Assembly: GCA_945874665.1 (NCBI GenBank)
Contig: CAMCHJ010000003.1
Location: forward strand, 12,497-76,496
Direction of reading: 5' to 3'
From: Chitinophaga pinensis
GTDB lineage: Bacteria > Bacteroidota > Bacteroidia > UBA7662
DNA: 64,000 nucleotides
Notes under the pieces: generated by a model
Told to the model about the DNA's origin: nothing
Seen by the model: the letters and a program-made list of their open reading frames with translations, nothing else
The model's database searches: none
Shown here: one piece after another, positions 9,714 to 19,738 of the stretch
Position numbering within the stretch: the first letter of the stretch is position 1
Layout of the letters: every line of letters starts with the position of its first letter
Made by a program: the position numbers and the translations under genes

Positions 9714-10597
9714 GCAATAGCAGCACTGCTGGCTGGCATCTGGCGATCTACTTTTTTCAAGAGCCCTTGGAGCACTTTGCCTGGACCAACTTCGGTAAAG
9801 GAGCTCGCGCCATCACCAATCATGTGCTGCATGGTTTGGGTCCATCGTACCGCACCCGTTAACTGATTAATCAGGTTTTGCTGGATTTCAGCTGGGTCAG
9901 TTACGCCTTTGGCGGTTACATTTTGGTAAATAGGACAAACAGGGACTTTGAAGGTTGTTTCTTTGATGGCAGCCTCTAGCTCTAGTCGGGCTGGCTCCAT
10001 CAAAGGGGAGTGGAATGCGCCGCCTACAGCCAAAACTACCGTTTTAAGCGCTCCAGCAGTCTTTAAGGCCTCGTTGGCAAGCTCAATACCCGCAATGCTG
10101 CCGGAAATCACCAATTGACCGGGACAGTTGTAATTGGCTGGCACCACAATTTCATTGGTAATACTGGCACATACAGCTTCTACAACTGCGTCTTCCAAGC
10201 CGAGTACGGCCGCCATGGTGGAGGCCTCTAATTCACAAGCCTTTTGCATGGCCATGGCACGCTTAGCTACCAAACGCAGGCCATCTTCAAAAGCCATACT
10301 GCCGCAGGCTACGAGGGCCGAAAACTCGCCTAAGGAATGACCTGCCGCCATTTCTGGTTGAAATTCGGCACCCAGCAAACGTGCCACCACTACCGAATGC
10401 AAAAAGATAGCAGGTTGGGTTACTTTGGTTTGGCGAAGTTCTTCTTCGGTGCCGTCAAACATGATATCGGTGATGCGAAAGCCTAAAATATCGTTGGCTT
10501 GTTCAAAGAGGGCTTTGGCACCCGGGTATTGGTCGTATAAATCCTTGCCCATGCCAGGAAATTGGGCCCCTTGCCCTGGAAATACATATGCTTTCAT
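9710..10597 (-). CDS. fabD: malonyl-CoA:ACP transacylase
   Basis: FPGQGAQ, TQPAIF, GHSLGE, GAFHSPLM, EVGPGKVL. Confidence 0.97.
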   Translation of the reverse strand: MKAYVFPGQGAQFPGMGKDLYDQYPGAKALFEQANDILGFRITDIMFDGTEEELRQTKVTQPAIFLHSVVVARLLGAEFQPEMAAGHSLGEFSALVACGSMAFEDGLRLVAKRAMAMQKACELEASTMAAVLGLEDAVVEAVCASITNEIVVPANYNCPGQLVISGSIAGIELANEALKTAGALKTVVLAVGGAFHSPLMEPARLELEAAIKETTFKVPVCPIYQNVTAKGVTDPAEIQQNLINQLTGAVRWTQTMQHMIGDGASSFTEVGPGKVLQGLLKKVDRQMPASSAAIA

Positions 10598-10670
10598 AAC
10601 GTTTAAATTTGGTAAACAGATAGGGTTAAAGGCCTAATTGAGCCTGTTTTGGTTAATTGAAGCGGCGTTT

Positions 10671-11090
10671 TTAGTGTTCTGGACCGAAATATTCAACAAA
10701 ATTCCGCTCTGTTTCGTACAGCTTAACACTGTGCAGGCGGTAGTTGTCTGCATTTAAATACGGACTGAGCTGCTCCCAAATGCCCATGGCTATGTTTTCG
10801 GTAGAGGCCATTTTGCCTTGCATAAAGGGCACGTCGAGGTTGATATTGCTGTGATCAAGCACATCAATCACATAGGTTTTGATGATGCTGCTCATTAATT
10901 TTAAATCGATTATAAAACCAGTTTCTGGATCTGGAGTGCCCTTTAAGGTTACATAAAGGTCGAAATTATGTCCATGCCAGTTTTTATTGGAGCATTTCCC
11001 AAATACCTCTTCATTTTTGGCATCCGACCAATGGGGGTTCCATAATTTGTGAGCAGCGTTAAAGTGCTCCTTGCGTGTTAAGTAGATCAT
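10671..11090 (-). CDS. queD: 6-carboxytetrahydropterin/6-pyruvoyltetrahydropterin synthase
   Basis: FNAAHKL, C..KNWHGHN, LDHSNIN, STENIA, LYET; start MIYLTRK. Confidence 0.88.
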   Translation of the reverse strand: MIYLTRKEHFNAAHKLWNPHWSDAKNEEVFGKCSNKNWHGHNFDLYVTLKGTPDPETGFIIDLKLMSSIIKTYVIDVLDHSNINLDVPFMQGKMASTENIAMGIWEQLSPYLNADNYRLHSVKLYETERNFVEYFGPEH

Positions 11091-11113
11091 ATGCTGATTC
11101 AGGCGGCAAATAT

Positions 11114-11114
11114 A
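11114..11114 (-). promoter_or_regulatory. 5' end (on the minus strand) of the -7 promoter box TATATTTG, 11107-11114, upstream of queD
   Basis: Minus strand reads TATATTTGCCGCC, with 16 nt between the box and the queD ATG. Confidence 0.55.
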
Positions 11115-11233
11115 CAACAGTAAGCGCGGATTGAAAATTGTTGAGGCGTGTATCCAGGCAGGTTTTCGGCGATTGTTGGGGAGATTAGATGGATTTTAAT
11201 CAAGCAAAAGCATAATTTCGGTATAATTGAGTC

Positions 11234-11241
11234 TATTTTTG
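11234..11241 (+). promoter_or_regulatory. Bacteroidota -7 promoter box for rfaD (possibly leaderless)
   Basis: TATTTTTG followed by AGCT and then the ATG. Confidence 0.6.
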
Positions 11242-11245
11242 AGCT

Positions 11246-12214
11246 ATGATAGTAGTTACTGGTGCAGCAGGATTTATTGGAAGCTGTTTGGTTGCAGGTT
11301 TAAATGAAGCAGGATACAACGACTTGGTGTTGGTGGATGATTTCAGTAGGCCCGACAAAACGCCTAATTACGCCCAAAAGAGCTATTCTAAATTGGTTGA
11401 GCGCGATGCGTTTTTCGATTGGTTGGCGCAGGAGCAGGCTTCGGTACAGTACATTTTTCACCTGGGCGCACGCACAGACACCACGGAGTTCGACATCAGC
11501 ATTCATACTCGTCTCAATTTGGAGTATAGCAAAAGCATTTGGGAAGCCTGCGTTCGTTACGGCATTCCCCTTGTTTATGCTTCTAGCGCGGCCACTTATG
11601 GTGATGGCGCTTTTGGTTTTGACGATGAGGATGCCAGCATCTTGCCCAAGCTGCAGCCCTTAAACCCGTATGGAGACTCTAAACAGGCTTTCGATCTTTG
11701 GGCTTTGGCACAGCCTAAAAAGCCGTATCAGTGGGTGGGACTTAAGTTTTTTAATGTTTATGGTCCTAACGAATACCACAAAGGCCGCATGGCATCGGTT
11801 GTTTTTCACGCCTATAATCAGATTTCGGCTACCAAAAGCATGAATTTGTTTCGTTCGCACCGTGCGGAATATGCGGATGGAGGGCAGTTGCGTGATTTCA
11901 TTTATGTGAAGGATGTGGTTCGGCTTTGCATTTGGCTGATGGAAAATCGCAAAGTGACGGGGTTATTCAATTTAGGAACAGGCCAAGCCCGCACCTTTAA
12001 CGATTTGGCCAAGGGCGTTTTTAAAGCCATGGAGTTACCTGCCCAGATTACCTTTGTAGATACGCCAAAAGACATTCGCGACAAATACCAATATTTCACA
12101 GAGGCCAAAATGGAAAAGCTCAAAAAAGCGGGCTACCCACATGCATTTACGAGTCTTGAGGCAGGCATTCATGCATACGTCACCGAATTTTTGAACACAA
12201 CCAAGTACTTTTAA
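11246..12214 (+). CDS. rfaD: ADP-L-glycero-D-manno-heptose 6-epimerase
   Basis: MIVVTGAAGFIGS, YASSAATYG, PLNPYGDSK, FFNVYGPNEYHKGRMASV, KYQYFTEA. Confidence 0.95.
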   Translation: MIVVTGAAGFIGSCLVAGLNEAGYNDLVLVDDFSRPDKTPNYAQKSYSKLVERDAFFDWLAQEQASVQYIFHLGARTDTTEFDISIHTRLNLEYSKSIWEACVRYGIPLVYASSAATYGDGAFGFDDEDASILPKLQPLNPYGDSKQAFDLWALAQPKKPYQWVGLKFFNVYGPNEYHKGRMASVVFHAYNQISATKSMNLFRSHRAEYADGGQLRDFIYVKDVVRLCIWLMENRKVTGLFNLGTGQARTFNDLAKGVFKAMELPAQITFVDTPKDIRDKYQYFTEAKMEKLKKAGYPHAFTSLEAGIHAYVTEFLNTTKYF

Positions 12215-15200
12215 TGGGACGCAAACGCCTCCTTGAACTTCTGGTATGGGTGCTGTTTGGCGCCTTTTTGCTGCTTGGCGTTTACAACCAAATATCGGTC
12301 CGTAAAAAGACTGCCGACTACCTCACGGATGCGTCACAAAGCTTTGAAAACAAATTGCTTTCGGCCGAACAAGACTTCAACAAATGGTTTGAACGAAGCA
12401 AGGAGCTCAAAAACAAGCCATTCGAAGCCTGGTATGGTCTAAATGAAGCCAATCCTTTACCAGAGGAAATAGTGGTGTGGGAAGGCGACAGTTTGATTTA
12501 TTGGAGCGGATCGCGGCTTACCCTCGACGACATCTCTACCTTACAACCAGGCTATGTGGCATTAGAGAATTTGATAGGCTACTGTATTGAAAAAAAGCAT
12601 GGTGACATACGGCAATACTATGTGGTTAAACTCAAGAATAACTACGCAGAAGAGAATCAGTATCTCAAAAACGATTTGATAAGCGCTTTAGATGGCCGCG
12701 ACCAAATCAGATTGCTTGATAAAACCGAAAAGGGAACTTCTGTAAAAGATGCAACTGGCGCCATAGCCTTCAAAATCAGCTTGGCTTTTAACCAGCGAAG
12801 CATCAATTTAAGTAGTCATGAGCGCTATTCAGCCATCTGCTTTGTACTTGCCATAGCCTTTGCTATTCTTTTGTTTTTTATCCGCCTGGAGCATGCAGCC
12901 ATTGAAAGACGCCCTTGGTACAGTCTGTTTGAGTTTACCGTACCGCTTCTGGTGATTCGTTTTTTGCTGTTTAATTACCGCGATTCAATAGGTTTTACAT
13001 CCCTTGAGCTTTTTGACCCTAAAATTTTTGCTTCTCATTGGTTGTTGCCCTCCTTTGGTGATTTGTTTTTGCATTTGGTGATGCTCATTTTGCCATTGGC
13101 CTTTGCGTTTCGTTATCGGGTTATTTACAACCATAAAATGCAGCAAATCACAAGTTATTTCCAAAAGCCTGTGATTTTATTTGTGGTCAATACGTTTTTC
13201 GTTTTGTTCCTGCTAGTGAGTTTGCTCATCAGCCGAGATTTGGTTTTTAGCAGTGACATTCCGATTGGTTTAGAATATATTTTCGATTTTAATGGCTACA
13301 CCTACTTGGCCATTTTTACCTACTTGGTATTTATTGGCGTGAATGCGGCTACCTTTTATTTGCATTTTAAATACGTACTTAAAGGATTTTCGATCTGGAG
13401 CGTAGGCGGGTTAATGCTGCTTACAGCCGTATTTATCTACTGGCTGTTCTCCTTTACGGGTGAAATCACCTGGCTAAAAATGTATTGGCGTTGGTGGGTT
13501 TTCTTATGGCTATGCTTCCTGTTGATACAAGCGTTCTCATTGTCGAGATGGCGTTTTGGCATTTATTTTAATGTTTTTATCGCCTTGTGGAGTCTGCTTT
13601 TTGGCTATCAGGTAAGCGAAGCCCTCTACCGAAAGCAAGTTGAAAAGGCCCGATACACGGCGCGCAAAATTTTTGCCCCCAATGATCCAACCGCTATTTA
13701 TTTGCTGCTCGACCTCATTCCTAAAATGCAACAGGATGAGGAAATTAAGGACTACAAAACGAGAAATACGGCAGCTGCTAGCCTGCTGCAAAATAGACTT
13801 CAGTATGTTTATTTGAAAGGCTATCTCGAAAAATACAGTCTACAAGATGCCGTTATCATTGCTGGCCAAGAGCTAGAAGCGCATCAAATCGCGGGTTTTC
13901 AAGACGACCTACAGCAAATTGACCGCTTCAGTATGCTGCGTCAGTTTAAACAAAATGCGCGGCAGGGCTATTCGCTGCGGGTGCCATTTCAAAGCGACCG
14001 CAACCACGTGGATACCTTGGTAGTGCGACTTGTGCAGAAAAGCCTGAAGCCCGACAGTCCATTCCCTGGCTTATTGGTTGAAGGCGACTTTGTGCAGCGC
14101 AAGACCTTCAGTAGCTTTTCGTTTGCTTTGTATGAAAGCGGTCTGCTCATACAGCAGGGCGGAAAATACCCGTATCAGTTGGTGTCGAGTAGTTGGGAAG
14201 GCATAACAGAGGAGTACAGTCTATCTGAAATCGGAAACCTCTCGCATTTTATTTATAAGCCCGACGAATTTAACATCATTGTGGTCAGTTTTAGCTCCAG
14301 CAATTGGATACGGGTGTTGGCTTTGTCCTCTGGTTTGTTTTTGTTGATGATTTTGTTGCTTTTTGTCTTCAACCGACTCATTTCAACGCAATTTAATTGG
14401 CAGCGTTTTTTTCATTTAAACTACCGCAACAGGATTGAAATCGCCCTCATCGGGTCGGTATTAACAATCATGGTGGTGATTGGATACGTTACCATCACCT
14501 ACACCGTACTGCGCAGCAGAGGTAATACAGAAGAGCTCGTTACGTCGCGTTTACAAGATATTCAAGCAGCGGTGGAGGGCATTTTAAGAGCCAAGCAGGG
14601 CGGTATGCGGCTTGGGTTTCGAGAAGATTTCCAGCTGAACCAAGTGGCAGCCAATTTATCGGCCGACTTTTCTATTTATGGCCTAGATGGCAAAATCAGA
14701 TACAGCACACAGGAAAAACTCTTTGACCGGAACCTGCTATCAGAATTAGCCCAACCTGATGCTTTTTATCAGGTAGTGCGGTTACAGCAAACGGTTTATT
14801 TGCAAAACGAAAGGGTGGGGCAATTCGCCTTTAAGTCGGCCTATGTGCCCTTACGCGATTCAAAAGGCGCGTTAATGGGCATGTTGAACATGCCATCTTT
14901 CGATACAGACGTGCTCGAAAAGGCGGAACTCAACGAGTTTGTAGGGAGTCTGTTAAGTCTGTATTTTATCATGCTTTTGTTGGCAGGTATCATTGTTCTG
15001 GGATTAGCAGAGCGCATTACATCGCCTATTAAATTGCTCACCGAAGTCATTCTCAAAACCAAAGCGGGCATGCGTAACCAAATGCCTGCTTGGAAACGCA
15101 AAGATGAAATTGGCGCTTTGATAAGCAGTTACAACAACATGGTAGAGGAGCTCGATCAAAGTGCGAAACTTTTGGCGCGGTCAGAGCGTGAATTGGCTTG

Positions 15201-15912
15201 GCGTGAAATGGCGCGGCAAATATCCCATGAAATCCGAAATCCTTTAACGCCAATGAAGCTAAAGCTGCAGCGGATGTTGCGAGATTATGCTGAAAACCCC
15301 ACTCGTTTTAGTGAGCGGTTCAGGTCTGAAGCCTTGTTGGTACTGGAGCAAATTGATGTTTTAGCAGCGGTAGCGGGCGAATTCAGTTCCTTTGCCCAGG
15401 TGCAAGTGGGAGAGAAACAGTCTTTTGACCTGAGGCAGAATTTGTTTTCGGTCTTGGGCCTTTACGACCAACAAATGACCATTGTGTATGAAGATGGCTT
15501 GGCTGCACTGCCGGCCATGCCTTTTGCGCAAGCCATGTTGCAGGACGAAAAATCGTGGCCAAAGTGCATTGCTTTTGGGGATGCACTGCAGGTGCAGCGT
15601 GTTTTTCAAAATTTGATCAAAAATGCCCTTCAATCTGTTCCAGAAGCCAGAAAACCCGAAATCCAGATCCGTTTGTATCAAGCAGGTGCCTTTTACAACA
15701 TTGATTTGATTGACAATGGAAGCGGCATCCCCTTAGAAAACCGGGAACGTATTTTTCAGCCCAACTTTACCACCAAAAGCTCGGGAATGGGTTTGGGCTT
15801 GGCTATTGTGAAAAAAATCATGGAGCAAAACGAAGGGAACATTGGTTTTGAAACAACAGAAGGCGTTGGATCACGTTTTTATGTTCAATTCCCTGTTCAT
15901 CAGGACGCCTAA
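12214..15912 (+). CDS. large multi-TM sensor histidine kinase (HAMP-HisKA-HATPase, NtrY-like)
   Basis: About 12 hydrophobic segments; HAMP (DEIGALISSYNNM), H-box AWREMARQISHEIRNPLTP, N-box NLIKNA, G1 DNGSGI, F/G2 FTTKSSGMGLGL. Confidence 0.92.
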   Translation: MGRKRLLELLVWVLFGAFLLLGVYNQISVRKKTADYLTDASQSFENKLLSAEQDFNKWFERSKELKNKPFEAWYGLNEANPLPEEIVVWEGDSLIYWSGSRLTLDDISTLQPGYVALENLIGYCIEKKHGDIRQYYVVKLKNNYAEENQYLKNDLISALDGRDQIRLLDKTEKGTSVKDATGAIAFKISLAFNQRSINLSSHERYSAICFVLAIAFAILLFFIRLEHAAIERRPWYSLFEFTVPLLVIRFLLFNYRDSIGFTSLELFDPKIFASHWLLPSFGDLFLHLVMLILPLAFAFRYRVIYNHKMQQITSYFQKPVILFVVNTFFVLFLLVSLLISRDLVFSSDIPIGLEYIFDFNGYTYLAIFTYLVFIGVNAATFYLHFKYVLKGFSIWSVGGLMLLTAVFIYWLFSFTGEITWLKMYWRWWVFLWLCFLLIQAFSLSRWRFGIYFNVFIALWSLLFGYQVSEALYRKQVEKARYTARKIFAPNDPTAIYLLLDLIPKMQQDEEIKDYKTRNTAAASLLQNRLQYVYLKGYLEKYSLQDAVIIAGQELEAHQIAGFQDDLQQIDRFSMLRQFKQNARQGYSLRVPFQSDRNHVDTLVVRLVQKSLKPDSPFPGLLVEGDFVQRKTFSSFSFALYESGLLIQQGGKYPYQLVSSSWEGITEEYSLSEIGNLSHFIYKPDEFNIIVVSFSSSNWIRVLALSSGLFLLMILLLFVFNRLISTQFNWQRFFHLNYRNRIEIALIGSVLTIMVVIGYVTITYTVLRSRGNTEELVTSRLQDIQAAVEGILRAKQGGMRLGFREDFQLNQVAANLSADFSIYGLDGKIRYSTQEKLFDRNLLSELAQPDAFYQVVRLQQTVYLQNERVGQFAFKSAYVPLRDSKGALMGMLNMPSFDTDVLEKAELNEFVGSLLSLYFIMLLLAGIIVLGLAERITSPIKLLTEVILKTKAGMRNQMPAWKRKDEIGALISSYNNMVEELDQSAKLLARSERELAWREMARQISHEIRNPLTPMKLKLQRMLRDYAENPTRFSERFRSEALLVLEQIDVLAAVAGEFSSFAQVQVGEKQSFDLRQNLFSVLGLYDQQMTIVYEDGLAALPAMPFAQAMLQDEKSWPKCIAFGDALQVQRVFQNLIKNALQSVPEARKPEIQIRLYQAGAFYNIDLIDNGSGIPLENRERIFQPNFTTKSSGMGLGLAIVKKIMEQNEGNIGFETTEGVGSRFYVQFPVHQDA

Positions 15913-18900
15913 TGACGCGATTATTTGCTTGGATTTGTTTTGTTTTAGTGGTGTTGGCAGGCAGCAGTGGCCGTGCGCAAGATTTGGACAGCAAAAGGAG
16001 CAAGGTAGTTTTGGTAACAGATTCGATGGTGCTGTTAGACAGTTTGCCCGTCATTACCAACAGCGTTTACATCAAAGCCAAACAAGGTATCTGGCATAAA
16101 CTAGCTGATTCAAGCATTTTTAATCAAAAGTACATTTTTATTCCTCAGTATATAAATGAGACCATTGAGGTGCGTTACCGGGTGCTCATGTACGCCTTTC
16201 ATCAACCCATTTTTAACAAAGATGCCCGACTAAGCACCGACATTCGATTCGCTCGAGAGAACCCGTTCAATGTATTGCCTGAGCAGCAGCAGGCCGATAA
16301 CCTATTTGATTTTCAGCAACTCGACAAACAAGGCAGTATTTCGCGTGGTTTAGGCGTAGGCAACAACCAAAACTTAGTCTTAAATGCAGGCTTTAACCTG
16401 CAGCTTTCAGGTAAATTAACCGATTCGGTAGAGTTGTTGGCCAGCATGACCGATAATAATTTGCCTTTTCAGCCGGATGGCTACACACAGCAACTGCAAG
16501 ACTTTGACCGGGTGTTTGTTCAAATACGCGATCGAAAAAACAGCTTGATTGTGGGAGACTATGATTTAACGCGGCCAAACAGCTACTTCCTCAACTTCTT
16601 CAAAAATGTAAAAGGCGCACGCATCGACAACACCATTACACAGCTAGCCAAGGGCACGTTAAAGCAAACAGCCAGTTTTTCAGCCGCTCGAGGCCAATTT
16701 GGCCGCAATGTTTTTTTGGGAAGAGAAGGAAACCAAGGGCCTTACCGCCTCATCGGCAACAATCCCGGTGAGTTCATCGTCATTCTCGCCGGCTCTGAGC
16801 GCATATACATAGATGGCGAGTTGCTCAAACGAGGTGAGCAATACGATTATGTGATTGACTACAATACAGCAGACCTCATTTTTACACCTAACAGATTAAT
16901 CACCAACCAAAGCCGCATCATTGCAGAGTTTGAGTATGCCAATCAGGCTTTCGCGCGAAGCATTGCCTATTATGGTGCGGATTACGAGCGGAACCGCGTT
17001 AAAATCGGTTTTCATTCCTATCGCGAATCCGACAACCGTAACCAGCCGCTTTTTCAAGACCTCAGCAACGATCAGCAGCGGTTTTTAAGCACCTTAGGCG
17101 ATTCAGTGGGAGCTGCAGCATTCCCTTCAGCAGTCGAAAGTCCTTTCGATGGTCGCCAAATACGTTACAAACAGATAGATTCACTCGGCTTTTTCCCTGT
17201 GTATGTGTACAGCATCCATCCCGATTCCGCCCGTTTTTCAGTGAGTTTCAGTTTGGTAGGACAAGGCAGGGGCGATTACATCCAGGCTATTTCTACCGCT
17301 AACGGACGGGTTTTTCAGTGGGTTGCGCCAGAAATCAGCAATGGCGATACCCTACGCAAAGGCACCCACGCGCCAGTCATACGGCTCACCGCGCCCAATC
17401 GCTTGCAAATGAGTACCCTCAATGCGGCGCTTCCCATTGATCAACATACCAATTTGCTAGTGGAAGGCGCGCAATCGGTTAACGACCAAAACCTGTTCTC
17501 CGACATCAATAATGAAAGCAACCAAGGCTACGCCTTAAAAGCTAAATTGCAAACCAATCGCCCATTGAATGCAGCTAAGAACCTGCTTTTGCGGGCTGCA
17601 TTAGATGTTGAATGGCTCGATGACAACTTTAAAATTGTACAGCCCTACCGGAACATGGAATTTGCCCGCGACTGGAATGTACCCACGCTGTACGCGGAGC
17701 GCGAAGAGCGCATGACGGGGCTACTGGTAGGATTAAGCTACAAAGATTCGACGCGCATTGACTATAATTTTAAGCAATACCTCATTTCTGATCTTTATCA
17801 AGGCAGCAGACAAGGTCTGTTGGCAACGCACCACGACAAAAAAACACAAGCAGCCGTGTCTTACGATGTGCTTTCGTCGAGCTCCGCCTTTTTTGAAGGC
17901 GATTATACGCGCGCCAAAGCAAACATACAGCGAACATTTGGCCGGTTGCAAGCTGGAGCCTCCTATGAGCTCGAAGACAACCTCGTTTTTAGGCCAGGAA
18001 CGGATACTTTAGCCATCAATAGCTTTAGATTTGATATCGCCAACCTCTTTGTGAGCTATCAAACAGCAGCCTTCGATAAAATCAGTTTGCGCTATACCTA
18101 TCGAAACGACCTATTGCCCTTTGGCTTAACGGATTTGCAAGAAACCCAAACGGGCCACAGCTATACCTTGGCAACGGAGTTGAACCGCTGGGAAGACCAT
18201 CTTTTTAAATTGACAGCCACGTACCGACTGCTCAATACCTTTGAAACCCCAGAGCAATTGGCAAATCGCGAAGGCAATTACCTGGGTCAGCTAGAATACA
18301 GCGGTAATTTTATCAAGAAACTATTGACGTGGAGCAGTTTTTATTCGTTTTCACAGGGGCAGGAGTTGAGACGGGAAATTGCCTATTTAGAAGTGCCACG
18401 CGGACAAGGCAATTATACTTGGATCGACTACAATGAGAATGGCGTGCAGGAGCTCGACGAATTTGAATTGTCGTTTTTTACAGATCAGGCCAATTACATT
18501 AAGATATTCATCCCGGGAAACACTTTTGTGGCCACCTATTCTAACAAATTCAACCAAACGTTTCAGCTCAATCCTGCCAATCTGCTTTCTAAGAAGCATT
18601 GGTTGTCGCGTTTCAGCAATCTTACAGCTTTCTCCATGGAGCAAAAAAACCAAGGAAATAGCGCCATTACCTTTCTCAATCCTTTTGATTTGCGTTTAGC
18701 AGACACCTCGTTGGTTGCGGCTAATGGCAACATTCGCAACACCTTATTTTACAACAGAAACAGTCCTAAGTTTGGCATTGACTTCGGTTACCAGCGTAAT
18801 TTGCAGCGGATACTGCTCGCTAACGGCACCGAAACCCGGGAAAACACCGATCAAAATATCCGTTTACGCTGGAATGTGCTGCAGCAATTAAATTTTGAGA

Positions 18901-19382
18901 GTTTGCTCCAAAGAGGCCAACGGGTACTAACCGCAGATTTATTTGCTGTACGTAATTACAACATTAACCAAGTAGAGTGGGTGCCGGCTTTGAATTGGAC
19001 TGCCAACAGCAAATTGCGTGTTGGGTTAAAATACGCCTACCGTGAAAAGGTAAATGAACGTACGCTCCTTGCCAGCGAAACTTCTGCGGAACGGGTAAAT
19101 ATCCAAGAATTGGGAGGGGAGCTGAACTACAACTTATTGGCTTCAAGTGCTATCCGCATTACTTTCTCCAATATCAACAACTCCTTTATCGGCGACCCCA
19201 ACAGTCCTGTGGGTTTCGAAATGCTCCAAGGCCTCTTGCCCGGCAGCAACCAAGTGTGGTCGGTGAGTTTGTTCCGAAAACTATCTAATAACCTGCAGCT
19301 TAACCTTACCTACGATGGCCGAAATGCCAAAAACACGCCTGTGGTTCATACAGGCAGGGTGCAGGCGCGCTTGGTTTTTTAG
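15912..19382 (+). CDS. large outer-membrane beta-barrel protein of unknown function (SprA-like motifs)
   Basis: Signal peptide, extensive amphipathic beta-strand pattern, C-terminal ...GRVQARLVF; 1156 aa; TAATG overlap with the kinase gene. Confidence 0.75.
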   Translation: MTRLFAWICFVLVVLAGSSGRAQDLDSKRSKVVLVTDSMVLLDSLPVITNSVYIKAKQGIWHKLADSSIFNQKYIFIPQYINETIEVRYRVLMYAFHQPIFNKDARLSTDIRFARENPFNVLPEQQQADNLFDFQQLDKQGSISRGLGVGNNQNLVLNAGFNLQLSGKLTDSVELLASMTDNNLPFQPDGYTQQLQDFDRVFVQIRDRKNSLIVGDYDLTRPNSYFLNFFKNVKGARIDNTITQLAKGTLKQTASFSAARGQFGRNVFLGREGNQGPYRLIGNNPGEFIVILAGSERIYIDGELLKRGEQYDYVIDYNTADLIFTPNRLITNQSRIIAEFEYANQAFARSIAYYGADYERNRVKIGFHSYRESDNRNQPLFQDLSNDQQRFLSTLGDSVGAAAFPSAVESPFDGRQIRYKQIDSLGFFPVYVYSIHPDSARFSVSFSLVGQGRGDYIQAISTANGRVFQWVAPEISNGDTLRKGTHAPVIRLTAPNRLQMSTLNAALPIDQHTNLLVEGAQSVNDQNLFSDINNESNQGYALKAKLQTNRPLNAAKNLLLRAALDVEWLDDNFKIVQPYRNMEFARDWNVPTLYAEREERMTGLLVGLSYKDSTRIDYNFKQYLISDLYQGSRQGLLATHHDKKTQAAVSYDVLSSSSAFFEGDYTRAKANIQRTFGRLQAGASYELEDNLVFRPGTDTLAINSFRFDIANLFVSYQTAAFDKISLRYTYRNDLLPFGLTDLQETQTGHSYTLATELNRWEDHLFKLTATYRLLNTFETPEQLANREGNYLGQLEYSGNFIKKLLTWSSFYSFSQGQELRREIAYLEVPRGQGNYTWIDYNENGVQELDEFELSFFTDQANYIKIFIPGNTFVATYSNKFNQTFQLNPANLLSKKHWLSRFSNLTAFSMEQKNQGNSAITFLNPFDLRLADTSLVAANGNIRNTLFYNRNSPKFGIDFGYQRNLQRILLANGTETRENTDQNIRLRWNVLQQLNFESLLQRGQRVLTADLFAVRNYNINQVEWVPALNWTANSKLRVGLKYAYREKVNERTLLASETSAERVNIQELGGELNYNLLASSAIRITFSNINNSFIGDPNSPVGFEMLQGLLPGSNQVWSVSLFRKLSNNLQLNLTYDGRNAKNTPVVHTGRVQARLVF

Positions 19383-19738
19383 CCGATTCGTACGCCATTG
19401 GCTGTGCTGCGTTCTGGCTGGAGCAAAATCACTTTACCTGCCTCGTCTACCGCGCCTAATACCAAGCATTCCGACATAAAATTGGCAATTTGTTTGGGCG
19501 GGAAGTTCACCACCGCAATCACCTGCCTACCAATTAAAGCCTGGGCATCGTAAAGCTGGGTGATTTGGGCGGAGGACTTCCGCAGGCCAATGCTTGGTCC
19601 AAAGTCAATTTCGAGCTGATAAGCGGGTTTACGAGCTTTTTCAAAAACGACTGCCGAGACGATGGTACCTACCCGCATCTCCACTTGCTCAAAAGTTGCC
19701 CAATCGAGCGTTGCTATTTGATGAGGCGCATCAGCCAT
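19379..19738 (-). CDS. csaA: CsaA/Trbp111-like tRNA-binding chaperone
   Basis: MRVGTI, ARKPAYQL.IDFG, SSAQIT, VVNFPPKQIANFMSECLVLG. Confidence 0.92.
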   Translation of the reverse strand: MADAPHQIATLDWATFEQVEMRVGTIVSAVVFEKARKPAYQLEIDFGPSIGLRKSSAQITQLYDAQALIGRQVIAVVNFPPKQIANFMSECLVLGAVDEAGKVILLQPERSTANGVRIG

